A stretch of DNA of 64,000 nt from Phoronis australis (taxonomy: Eukaryota > Animalia > Phoronida). How positions within the stretch are numbered: the stretch's first letter is position 1; each line of letters opens with the position of its first letter. The position numbers and the translations under genes were made by a program. Shown here piece after piece: positions 42,901 to 54,686 of this stretch. The notes beneath the pieces were generated by a model. The model saw nothing but the letters and a program-made list of their open reading frames with translations. It did not search any database and had not been told where the DNA came from. The stretch spans positions 301,901-365,900 of the forward strand of contig NMRA01000095.1 in the NCBI GenBank assembly GCA_002633005.1, in the 5' to 3' direction.

Positions 42901-43710
42901 AGGATTCGTACAAGCAGCTTGTGAAAAAATAGGGCTATTTTACTAAAATATTGGGAATACTGAGCCAAAAAGTAGACGTAGCACACTAAACATGGATTTT
43001 AACTGAGAGTTGGAACAGAAAATAAAACACATTAGTTATATATTTGACGTTATATTAACAGTTTGAATCGTTCTTGCAAACTATATGTCATAATCCAATC
43101 ATTCAGATCGAGGCAGGTGTCATGCATGAGGCAGACCTTTTAAAACTGTTAAATGGTTATTGTGAACAACTTAATTAACAACAGAAATACTTGATCCGAC
43201 CAATGCAAAAGAGTATTGCGTGTTTTTGTTTGCAAAATGTCCATTCTAATTTGAAGTTGCAATAAAAACATATTGTCATTAGTCACTAAGAATTGATGCG
43301 GAGTCAATGATGGAAACGATAAAAAAATCAAGAAAGGATGAATTTACAGAAACATTAAGAATGTCGGTGATATATTTAAAATAAGGTAAGAGCTGTACGC
43401 ACCCTGAATAGCATCTCTTCCCTTTAGCATGGAATAAAATATAACTCAACTCGTCATTTTCGGTATGAAGAATATTTCCAACACCGCAACTGAGGCTTTT
43501 TTAGCTACACCTGACTGAGGACACACAATAAAGTAATCAAAGCGTTGCGGTGCAATACAATACACTTAGTTTCAGGGGGATATTTATACAATTTATCAGT
43601 CTCGACTTCTTCATCACCAGTGCAAATTTCGCTGGTTACAACTATGTAGGGATATAAAGTCATTTAACTGCAGTTCATAGTTTATTAGAGGTTACCAAAA
43701 CACACGAGGA

Positions 43711-43858
43711 GTACCACTAACGACAGAGGGGTACCACTAACGACAGAGGGGTACCACTAACGACAGAGGGGTACCACTAACGACAGAGGGGTACCACTAA
43801 CGACAGAGGGGTACCACTAACGACAGAGGGGTACCACTAACGACAGAGGGGTACCACT
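43711..43858. repeat. Perfect 20-bp minisatellite (GTACCACTAACGACAGAGGG) x7.4
   Basis: Seven identical units plus a partial one, no spacers. Confidence 0.98.
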
Positions 43859-45129
43859 CAGATATTTCCATTAACTAGTAGCAAGTACACTGTAGTACAT
43901 AGTAAACATAGTTCAACATGACAATGGGGCAACAAGCGCTTAACACCGACATGCCAATAAATGATTGTGAAAATAATGGACAGCTAAACAACAAAACAGC
44001 TACATTAAACATAGCAACATCAGCAAGGCATTGAAACAACCACTGACAACAATAATAACATCAAAACGACAACACCAACAACATTTGTTTGATAACGAAT
44101 GAGCTGTAAGACCAACCCCTGGTCATGAACAAAATGTACGTAACAACAAAACATGGCCACAGAAAGAACAATTCATGTGAACCTGTACACTGAACATAAG
44201 ACGTAGATTATCTGAAAGCAGTGCTATCAACTTAGCCAGGCTAACAATCATTCAACTAAAACCTGCACGAGAATCAATCACGGACAGATATGGTATAAAA
44301 CAAGTGATTTCAACATAACCCAATAACACACGTCATTCACCAAATGGTAAATAATTTCACAATATGAGGTTAAATAGCGTTCTTTCACTTTTGTTTTCCA
44401 ACAGTCAATCAAAGCCTACCTCGATATCCCAACGGCTTNATTGACTCGTTATCCCGGCCAGTGGCTCAGAAACTGATCAGACATCACGAACAAACCAGCC
44501 AAAGTTCAGTGGAAACTAAGCTTCCAGTCAAAAAAATACTATACTAGTGAGCCAAAGTAATGTGCACGTGATTGTGTTGGTGCAATTAGCCACGAAACTG
44601 CAAATCTACTTGCTCGGCCGGCGGCCGCGAATTCAGTTCTGCTTTGGCCACAGCACCGTCAGGACTGAAGTTGTACATTGACAATCATTGTTTGAGTAAT
44701 GCAAATGTAAATAAAGATTCCCCTAACACCTGATCGTGGGGTGGAAATCGAGTTGTTTCACAACAGTTTCTGTCAGCAAACACTAAATTAGCATGAGCTC
44801 ACACGGCCTCTCGGTGTCCCGTCAATTAGTTTTATTGCACCTAAAGCCGGTAACGCAGTGATTTGTTCATTGCTGGATTCTCAAATCATTTCGTGCGCTC
44901 ACGAACACTCCAAAGGCATTACAAATTGCATCTAATGAGACAGACTTTGTTTCAGTTTTATATAAGTATTGGTTAGGGTGAGAATAATTCATTTTGAAAC
45001 AGAACGCTCAGTAATAAACACCAAAATGGCAACTCGCAATCCCGACTTCGCAGGTGGATCGTTAAGTTTTACGGGCTATTAATTCGAACAGGAATACAGT
45101 GATGAAGAAATACTAGAGAGGCGCCGTGA

Positions 45130-45562
45130 ACAAGCTCAGACAACGGAACGTATGGAGTAATTTGGTAAGCCGGCATTCGTGAGGCACTGTCGACGTCGTC
45201 TGCAGGCCACAGACACGGAGATATTTCACGGCCTCATACTTGCTATTTACAGCGTACATTTCATTCTTCACTACCATGAGCCACTTCCTAAGCATTTTGG
45301 ACTCTCGAGGAAGTAGAAAAAAACGATATACTCGCTTTCCTCGTGGCTGCTTAGTTCAGACAAGCGGAACGATGCCCCGCAACATAGCGGCATTCAATCT
45401 TCATATGAACCACTGACGTCGCTAGCGTCGTTTCTCACCTTCCTCACAGATTAACTCGACACCTCTTGGCAAGGTAAGGTCGACCGTATGCGAGGCGATG
45501 TGGAAATAGACCGATTAAGACGGCAAAAAAGACTAATTAAATCGGGTGGCATTCGCCTTTAA
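45130..45562 (-). mobile_element. Second THAP relic next to a Kolobok-like end
   Basis: ATG 45393 MPLCCGA.., ISFF(L)LPRESKMLRKWLMVVKNE..LRVCGL, ..LSLF; terminus GGTGGCATTCGCCT|TTAA at 45545-45562 resembles the 6801 end. Confidence 0.55.
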
Positions 45563-45775
45563 GTAATTGACTGCAGTGGTCATAACCGCAGCATCTAAAA
45601 ACTGGGGCCTCAGATGTGACAGTCAATGGGGCCTCACATGTGACGGTCAATGGGGCCCCCCTTTTGAGAGTCAATAAGTCAAATCACTGTGTCAGTCCTT
45701 CATTGTGGTCATGAGTTATAAATGCACACTTTCACATGTACACATACCTGATCATACTCCTGTATTTGATCTCCC

Positions 45776-46262
45776 AGAAATCCTTGAAAACTTTAAGATG
45801 GTTTCACAATCTTTGAGGTTGAAGGATTATCTGATGAGTCAGCCGAAGGTTGAGAGGCAGTACGTTTCCGAATGTTTTCATCGACTTCTGGTCTCTTTCG
45901 CATGTGCCTTCGTCGATGGTTTTTGAAGAATTTCTGTATTTTTTTCTTCCAAACCTTGACAATACGGAAGGGAATGCGGCGTGTTACGCAACAGTGTAAA
46001 TAGTCTTGACTTGATAAANAGAAATCCTTGAAAACTTTAAGATGGTTTCACAATCTTTGAGGTTGAAGGATTATCTGATGAGTCAGCCGAAGGTTGAGAG
46101 GCGGTACGTTTCCGAATGTTTTCATCGACTTCTGGTCTCTTTCGCATGTGCCTTCGTCGATGGTTTTTGAAGAATTTCTGTATTGTTTTCTTCCAAACCT
46201 TGACAATACGGAAGGGAATGCGGCGTGTTACGCAACAGTGTAAATAGTCTTGACTTGATAAA
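45776..46262. repeat. 243-bp tandem duplicate across a single N (probable allelic contig overlap)
   Basis: 45776-46018 vs 46020-46262, two substitutions seen, separated by n at 46019. Confidence 0.85.
46037..46198 (-). CDS. Ankyrin/SAMD3-like gene exon F (last coding exon; duplicate copy at 45793-45954)
   Basis: Acceptor ttcccttccgtattgtcaAG; phase 0; VWKKTIQKFFKNHRRRHMRKRPEVDENIRKR...KPS-stop. Confidence 0.72.
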   Translation of the reverse strand, partial: VWKKTIQKFFKNHRRRHMRKRPEVDENIRKRTASQPSADSSDNPSTSKIVKPS

Positions 46263-47149
46263 ATTTAATTCAAACCAAAAGAGACAACATGCTGTATTTA
46301 TAGGGAGTCGACTCAATATACGTTAAATACATTTTAGCAGTTAAACCTTCTAACACACTTTCCTAAATAACTAACTGTGACATGACGTCACAAGTAACAC
46401 ACGAAGTCATTAAGAATTACAATTGTGGTATATACCAGACAAAAACAATTACAAGAGTGGGGCCCGTTCCGAGAAAAGTAAGACAAATCTTAAATCTCAA
46501 CCAATTTTAAGCGAATTTGTCTCTGTTTGAAGAAAGAGATCTTCATTAAGTTTGACTTAAGTTTTCGACTTAAGTGTTGTATTAATTTTGTCAAACTTAA
46601 ATGATGTGGAAGCTTCGAAGTTGAGACAAATCTTAGATTGAGTAAAAATTAACTTATTTACTTTCTTGGATCGTGCTACACGAGTGATTAACAATTGCAA
46701 TTATGGTCTGCAAAGTACTACACACGACAGACGATCCTGCTTAAGACAATCACCAAACGACCTAGTCATCACTTTTGTTTCGGTTTGATTAATTTTACTT
46801 TCCTTGTTTACATTAAATTTCAACATTTTACATTGATGTGTGCATTTCATCTGCGTCACAGAGATGGAACATTGAATACTTGAGCCATTGAGAGTGTTAA
46901 CGACTGTGGGACAAATTCTGTGCTTTTGGGGGTGTTTATTACTGTCAGAAACATTGCTGTTGCGTTGGATGGCACAGAACCCGTTGATCAAGTCCCAAAA
47001 TTTGAAGGCATTATTGAGTCCGAAAGTTTTTGTCAAATTTCACGAAAATAAATCCGTTGTCCAGATATGCAGAAGCAAACGCAAGAAATCAAAGTGGCAG
47101 TAGAAGCACAGCCTAGTCGAATCCGTTCATGTGTCGTCAATCTAATTAG

Positions 47150-47590
47150 GGTAAGACTTGTCAAATTTTGAAACGACCCTGCACGGGGTTTAACAGATAC
47201 AGTTGCAGATGGGTCTATCACCAGAGGACACCAAATTAGTTGAACCAATTTTCAAAATGATCTGTGGGGAGCTTTGGCGTATAAAGAGGGGTGCAGGCAA
47301 AAAAGAAATCAAGTCTTGAATCAGTTGTCACTGGGTAGCGTATGATTTATCAAATACATTCAAAAACAGGTGGCGTAGTCGGCTTTTTAGTAGACAACTT
47401 ATTTGCCAAAAGTAATGAAAATCCAATATGGAACTCCAAAGGTGGTGAGACAAATAAAAATTACAAAACTGGGACAAGGAGGAAAGCCCTAGTAGTATCA
47501 GTCCAAAAATCGTCATCTGACGTCAGCCTCACGGAATCACAACTGCTAAACATCGTTGAGATCCTGGGAGGAGGGTATCAGGAGATACAA
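47150..47590 (+). mobile_element. Possible highly degraded Tc1/mariner transposase relic
   Basis: Faint DLSNFE, (M)IWGA-like and SSSDVSLTES (SPDLNPIEN-like) motifs in the expected order. Confidence 0.3.
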
Positions 47591-47812
47591 TGAGACAGAG
47601 CTGAGGGCAAATTTATACGTGGGGCGCATGAATATGTGCTAGTGTGTGTTATGATTATCAAAAATAGTAACATTCTTTTCTTGTAAAGCAATCACCTGGC
47701 GAAATTATTATCTGAGTTTTCTAATCATCAACATTAACTTAAAGATATGTTTGAAAACCGTCACTTCATTTACTGGTGTGTGTTGTAACAAGCGAGATTA
47801 ACAAACAAATAC

Positions 47813-47900
47813 CTGTAGCGTGTTCTCTGGATTTTCAAGATGTGGAAATTCCCTCAATAACGCTCGTGCAATGAGGCCGTATTCCTTCTGGTCAGGGTAA
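47813..47900 (-). CDS. Ankyrin/SAMD3-like gene exon E
   Basis: ttcttttAG...CAG|GTattt; 88 nt, phase 2 to 0; YPDQKEYGLIARALLREFPHLENPENTLQ matches the YP..Y..VA.AL...P.L motif of SAMD3-like proteins. Confidence 0.78.
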
Positions 47901-48146
47901 CTAAAAGAATAACATGAGACATTAGAAACACATAGAATAGCAAATGCCAACTAAACTACGGTGTACCGCATTGTTCATTGGGACTGTTTTAAAGAGGTCC
48001 TTGAAAGCGAGAAATGGACTACATTTCACTAGCCAGAATAGTTCTCTGCCACTGAAACAGAATTCGTTCACCTGGAAAATATTTATTTTGGGAGACTATA
48101 ACAGCCTTAGTTTGACTACGAAATCTCGTAGAGACAACATACTTAC

Positions 48147-48314
48147 ATGTTATTGAACTTTTTATCTAAATCGTCCATTGCCGTGAGGATCAATGACGAC
48201 TGTTCTGATTTACTCAACGGCTCTTTTTCTGTCAACTTTTGCAACAAATGTTTAGAAAGAGATTCCACTGGCCATTTATAATCTAAGGGAATGTGCTTCG
48301 TCTCTCCACTTGCA
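48147..48314 (-). CDS. Ankyrin/SAMD3-like gene exon D
   Basis: ccttttcAG...AT|GTAAGT; 168 nt, phase 2 to 2; open frame ASGETKHIPLDYKWPVESLSKHLLQKLTEKEPLSKSEQSSLILTAMDDLDKKFNN. Confidence 0.75.
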
Positions 48315-51103
48315 CTGAAAAGGCCAAAACACCAAATATATCATTCATTCATTGAAACGGAAATGAAAAACACAACACGAGCCAGCTGCTGTAATTCAAC
48401 AAAATGTTCTGCTACCTGCTATCGAAGTGTAGTGCTGCCCCTGAAATAACAACATGTCTTGTTTAATCAAATCAAAACTCTTACTCACACGTTGATCCTG
48501 AGATGGTGGGTACTTACTCTAAATAGTTGAAATAGTCATACTTTGCACTGACTTTTCAAATTTGTACCAAACTGGTTTTTCTGCTGCTTCAGAGAATTGG
48601 TGACTAAATTCGCCGTAACATTGACAGATAGGTTGAACTAGTTACCAAAAAAAAAAAAATTAAACTGATCCTACAATCTCAAGCCATTACATAACACTCA
48701 TTTGACATATTGGATTAGAAAACCAAGAGTGCAACAGAACCTTGCAACTTTCTTAATACTTTGGTCAAAAGGATTTGTTATTCTTTAGTGACACCAAATT
48801 GAACAGGTGCTTAAGAAACGAAACGACATGACGATTAGTATGCATCATATTTTGAAATACTCACTGCTACTATAAGACACTGTGAAGATGAACAAAAAAT
48901 AGAAAAAAACCGTGTATTGAGATGTAAAATAACGATTGAGTAAATTCAAACACACCCTTCCGTTAAAGCCTGAACAAAGGAAAGACTCCTGGTGTCTCTA
49001 CTGTAACTAATGGCCCGGTTCCTATAAAGGTAATAAATCGTTCGTGATGTCACAATTTAAACATGCAATTCGTCATGTTTATCTTCATTAAAACGAAAAT
49101 AAAACAGGCGTTCTATCCGCTAGGAATAGATTTCTCTGTCATGGGAATTTTTTTCCATTCCATCAGGGACCCACGAAAATGTTTAAGAGTTAAGTGTGTT
49201 TAGTCAACCCGAAAATTCTGAAATCGAAAATGACGCACCTACGCATTGCTCGCGACTCAACTTGACTGGAAATGGAAATTGAACCATCTCACGATAAGTG
49301 ATATTGTGAGACAAGTTTATGAGAGAAAAGGCCTAGTTCGATTACCTTTTTAGCCAGCCTCTCGAAATTTAGCTTTAAACAAGGGTATTTTAAGAAATGG
49401 AAATGGTAAAACAATTTGGTGGAACGGGCATATCGTTTAATTCATCACGTAAAATTTATGATTCCTGAAAAGAGTACGAAATAATTGTTTTATCCCATAA
49501 GCGTTGAACCTGTCAAATGCAATACTGCCATGAGATATTGTATTTGGTATCACCTTCCCAGAACTAATTTAACTGTCGCCTCTGACATGGAAAGTTTTCA
49601 GAAGGTACGGTAGGTCAATGTCGAATTGACAATAGGCGATTTGATCATCAAACTTTCCCAAAATAGTTTAAACTAGTAGCATTGCTGCAGTGTAAATAAC
49701 AATGAGCATGCAACCCGGTCCCAAGCATAACATGTTACATGTACGAAACTATTAATGATATGACACTTTAGTGTCAGTTTTATTTGCTAATAGTTATATC
49801 GTCTAAAACGCAGGCGACGATTCCACGGTAGCTACATTGTAAAATATTGTTTTAATTTAATCATTTTCGGGAAATGTTACAACGTCGTGCACAATTTCCG
49901 TTGCTGTCATCTTTGTTATCTCGCTTCAAGTGATAAATCATAATAACTGAAACTGTTTTGTTCTACAGGAGAAAGCATTTAATAACGCGCAAATACATGT
50001 AAATAGATTTGAACAGTTTGGGTTAAGTATTTAAAAATCTTCCGAAATAATGAAACAGAATTAAATAAGGTCGATACGCGGAATAATGGCTCGTGGGATA
50101 TGACTTTATTTACGCCGCCCTCGGTACATTTGGTGGATGTATGCACAAACAAAGCAGTTTTAATTAATACATCAGTGTGTACATGTAAGTGATAGATGAA
50201 AATGGGTCAACGCTTGAATTATGGAATTGTTTGTGAAGAATCAAAATGGAAAAGGAATTTAGTAATGATTGACAGATGAACAAAGCTTTAGCACCGAAGT
50301 TAATTAATACTTGGTGCTTTACGTGTGGAAATCGCACATTTTTTCTACTAAAATATTTGTTTCCCCGATTCAAAACATTCCCGGACTAAGGAAAAATGTA
50401 CCCTATTTGAAAACGCCCATGCTAAGCAAGTTCATCCCCGTGGCTCACCCTGGACATCAAAGAAAACATATTTTTTGGAATAAAACTGTCTCGCTTATTT
50501 AAATAATCTGATTTAGCTTGATTAGCTCATACACTGATTATCCACAAAATATAACATCAGCAGCTTGTGGCTATGTAAATTATTACAACGAAATGTTGTC
50601 TTTGATAAAATTGTCATTGCCAGAAGTTCGAGGTACGCAAACCGGTCGAGTTGCCCAATTTCGACCGATGAGTGTATTGAACATATGACTGTTTTTATGA
50701 TAGGTATCACATTAGTACAGTCAATGTAGATCAGTGGATCGTTATATTGCTGGCTATCGAATGTATCGCCATATTTTTGTTTTCACTGGGCGTCAGAGAC
50801 AATGGTATGTTTAGTAATCTGAGACGTGCGTACAAAAGGTTATGAGAACAGCACCCTTTCCTACAATCCTTTCATTGCCATAGCAACGCCAGGCGGACTA
50901 CATTTTCGGGATGAACCACTGTTGTGTTGAACGTCTTTGTTAAATCAATAAAAACCTTGTCTCTGATGAACTAACTCAGTTTCTTTTATCAGGGTAGCGA
51001 CTCAGTAAAATCACGCCGATTAAAATCTTACGATACCACATCTAATATGTAATCACACTGTTCTCTAGATGGCTATGAGTAACACACATGTATCGCACTG
51101 TAC

Positions 51104-51416
51104 CTGTTTGGGTTACTGCATGAACTCACAGTTGCTGGTTGAGGATCAACATGTTCATCCTCAGCAGGCAGCCGTGCATGACCTGCACCCCTGAGAGTAA
51201 TGTGTACTTTCGCTCTATCAGGCAACTCCTGAGGACTATCCACCAAGACAATGTCGTTATCCCACTCAGGATCTTCATATTGCAGTTTCAATGGGGTGTC
51301 AGAATGGATTTTAAATAGTCTCTTAATTTCCAGTGGTAGCAGGCTTTTGTCACACACAACAATCTTACGTTGGTCTCCTTCATATTTCACCAAGTAGTTG
51401 AAACCACTTTTGTTCC
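51104..51416 (-). CDS. Ankyrin/SAMD3-like gene exon C (PB1/ubiquitin-like N-terminal module of SAMD3-like proteins)
   Basis: tttacaacAG...AG|GTacag; 313 nt, phase 1 to 2; YLVKYEGDQRKI..EIKRLFKI..LKLQYEDPEWDNDIVLVDSPQELPDRAKVHI. Confidence 0.78.
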
Positions 51417-51664
51417 CTGTTGTAAATGCAATGGTACATGTACTGTCACAGTTTATGACTAACTGTATCACGTGACAATCAGAACAAAGATCTAAGAACT
51501 GCAGGAAAGAAACCTGGGCAGCAAGTAGATGGTGAAACATGGGCGGCAAGGTAGGTAGACTGCCTGGACCACAAGCTTCCGCATTTTATCAAAGGCTGGT
51601 AAATCTTCAACAGAAATAACGTGCGTAGGATAAGTTGAACGAAAATTTGAATGTTTTTAATCTG

Positions 51665-52066
51665 GGCCCGGTCTCTAATCTTTGTACTCGAAACGAACTC
51701 GAAACTATTTTTTTGCAATTTCTCTGCTACTTTTGTGCGAACTTAAGATAATTGGTTATCAGACTGTGCTCGAATACACTACAGTTAATGCATAGGAGTT
51801 TCTAGTTCAAGTTTGCCCTTGAAGACACTTATATTCGTGCTACAAACTCGAGTAAAAACTCGAAATTTCGAGTTCAAACTCGAACTTATTGCTTTAATAT
51901 TGGGTTTACAAACTGTGAACTAAGGGCAATAAATTATCTACGTAAGTTATTGTGTACTCGAGCATAGAATAATAGACACTTATCTTGATTTTGCCCAAAA
52001 GTAGAGTAAAAAATGCCAAACCTAATTTCGAGTTCCATTTCGAGTCAAAAGATTGGAGGCCGAGCC
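51665..52066. mobile_element. PIF/Harbinger-like MITE with about 40-bp TIRs and CTG TSD
   Basis: GGCCCGGTCTCTAATCTTTGTACTCGAAACGAACTCGAAA vs reverse complement of right end GGCTCGGCCTCCAATCTTTTGACTCGAAATGGAACTCGAAA; CTG on both flanks; internal ACTCGA repeats. Confidence 0.8.
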
Positions 52067-52166
52067 CTGGTACACAGACGCATGTCCCCAACTTGGCCAC
52101 CCCAGTGTCAAACACACTGATTCATTCAGCGATTATGGCACTTCACGTATCTACTGAAGAAAGCTA

Positions 52167-52411
52167 CATGCATGTACGCAGCCTAAAACGGGAGGCTTAG
52201 ATTTTTGAGAATGTGAACTTTTTACTAACATTCATGGGGTATGTTCAGAAATTTGCATTCACCGAATGTTGGTAGTTTCTGCCTGTTTTTTGACTTTCGT
52301 CTCGTTTTCTAATTTTTGCAGTTTTTGTTTTTCTGAGGCGGACTTTTTAGCCCACTTCTCCAAATGGGGGGCTGGCTTGCGCCTACCGAGCAAAGCCTGG
52401 ATACACTCAAT
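52167..52411. mobile_element. MITE family M1, copy 3
   Basis: Shares gaatgtgaactttt...ctgaggcggacttttt...ccaaatgggg with copies 1 and 2; flanks AGCTA/AGCTT. Confidence 0.7.
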
Positions 52412-54442
52412 AGCTTTTCAACATTCGGCGTGCAGCTCTACCAAATTTGCCGTTTCACGGTCCCCAATTGAGCTGTCATTTACAACGTTCCAACCGAATA
52501 CACACAAGTCTTGTCTCACCAGATGGAATTCTTTTGGCGTTAACCACAATTCACTTCTGACACACTCAATTGTCAGATCCAGTTTTTTATCACGAATTGT
52601 ATTATTTTCTCTTGTACATGTATGATATATAGCCGTTTCTTGGGGCATCTATAAGTTTGACTTACTACACGGTTAAAGGGCTCATTTTTTACGTGAAGGA
52701 AACCGAAATGGGACTATTTTTTATAGAATTGTTCTCGTCTCAAACATGCTACAACGAGTCATTTCAAACACAAAGTGAAGGTTGGTACAGGGTTTGTCCC
52801 GCGTTGGATATAGATGTCGCTCGAGACGTAGTTATGAAAAAAGAACCACGTCAAGAAAAGTTGTGTTCTTTTAACATTGAGACAATTAACATGCGAACGT
52901 CCGTGAAGACCGTGAGAGAGGATGATTGACTGCTCATTTTATATACACCCATTATGACTGGAAGTGTTCACCGTTTGAATTGAAGCACATTCATGGAGTT
53001 TAACTTTTAAGCATAACAAGACCTAAAATAAGCCACAGACACGGGGTGGGCCGTTAAAGGGATACTAAACACTGCTTTATAAAGAATGACACCGTTATTG
53101 CACAACGACAAACGAAAACAGTTTTCCTCACCCACAATGCCGCAGTATCAGTCAGAGTGTTGCAGTCAGCAACTCCGACGTGAGAAAGTTGAATTTTTAC
53201 AAACAACCGCTTGATGTTAAGTTAACCGCCCTCTCTACATTAAACAAAAAATGCAAGTGAATCACGGAAGCAAGGTTGTTATGTTAGTTATGAGCCGCAG
53301 ACAATATACAGCACACTTCAGAAATTTAAACGGTTAAAATCAGGAGTACGTCCACAGCCAATCACCTCAACGTTATCCAACACTAACCTGCGAGATTGTA
53401 CCTGATTCAAAAACTATGAAAAAATAAAAAGCTTCATTACTTCCGGGTTGGTCCGGCAATCTGGAATAGAGTTCAACAACGGTAGTGTAGCTCTAAAAAA
53501 GCTAGACTTCGTGAGATATAGCATGTATTTTCAATCCGAAAGACAGTTATTGAACTCTACCCGGGAGAGCTATTTCAACCAATCCCTGTTCTGTTCTCTG
53601 GTAACGTAAAAGTTGGGGGGTAACTTGTGTTCTAACACGCTGTTAATTGTGTATCGCCGCGAGAAAAACTCTAGTCAAAATTACGTGCTCTAAACGATAA
53701 TGCACGGCGATGTTTCGCAAGATCTTGCTTTTCTAGCAAGCGTTATAGTATTCGACTAAGGATCTAGGTGTGACGTCAGTGCTGCTGTCATCAAATGGAT
53801 CACTTGATTGTTGGTGGATGGTTTTTCACCGCAGTTTTGGAATAACTCGTACAATTGCTGTTTTAGCACACTTTGTAAACGAGATTTCAATTTTGTTGGT
53901 TGAGTTAGAATGCATCATTCAGTTTTAGGTCAGATAGAAAATTCTTTATTCATTTCTGCCAAAACCGACTTCCGGTATTTTTATCTTGATGGCAAGCAAA
54001 CCAGAGCTTAAAAAATAAGCATGATGTGTTTGGTCTCAAACAAATACTGACAGTGTTTATTTTGGAAAACCTTGAGAACTAATCAGAAGTACAACATTGT
54101 CTCCTATCTGAAATAATGCGAAAATAGAGGCAAGATGTCCTCCAAGGACTTAAATTAACCCACGATCGCCCCAAAATGTTTTTGAAATAAATGTTTGGCT
54201 CGACAGTTGTGCAAAGTATGGCCATGCCTCTAAGCTACCACACACTGTTGCAAACGGCCTGTTATGTGTTTTTGTTATTCACGGCAGCTTCCACGGATAA
54301 CTAAAGTTTTCATCTAAACAAGTGAGTGCCCAAATGATGACATACTGGTGCGTAGTTTTACCACAATGTGTGGATGTTCAGTTCTTTTACGTTTGTTTTT
54401 TTATCCCCACGTGCAGTGCCAGTAAAAGACACAATTTACTAC

Positions 54443-54686
54443 CTGTCAGCTTATTATCCACACTCGGTTGTTCCATCATCCCGCCATCTCTACTTTTCAC
54501 TAACTCGCTAACACCCTCCTCAACCATAGGTTCAGCTTCACCCGTTGAGTTTTCATGACTTTCCAGCTCCGACAGTAGTAACGGAAGCTGGGCTGACCGT
54601 ACGCTTGCTCCCTTCTCCACAGGCGCGGGCTCTATATCAATGCCTTCTTCCGAGAGATTTTGTTTCCTGCTCTGCCGCATGTAGTT
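54443..54686 (-). CDS. Ankyrin/SAMD3-like gene exon B (acidic low-complexity linker)
   Basis: ggcttcAG...ACAG|GTagta; 244 nt, phase 0 to 1; open frame NYMRQSRKQNLSEEG...DNKLT. Confidence 0.62.

Noticed and set aside
43711-43858. CRISPR-like regular repeat
   Set aside because: Head-to-tail identical 20-mers without spacers, no cas genes, eukaryotic context
52673-53075. TTAAAGGG starts as further Kolobok ends
   Set aside because: No matching opposite end or coding remnant found
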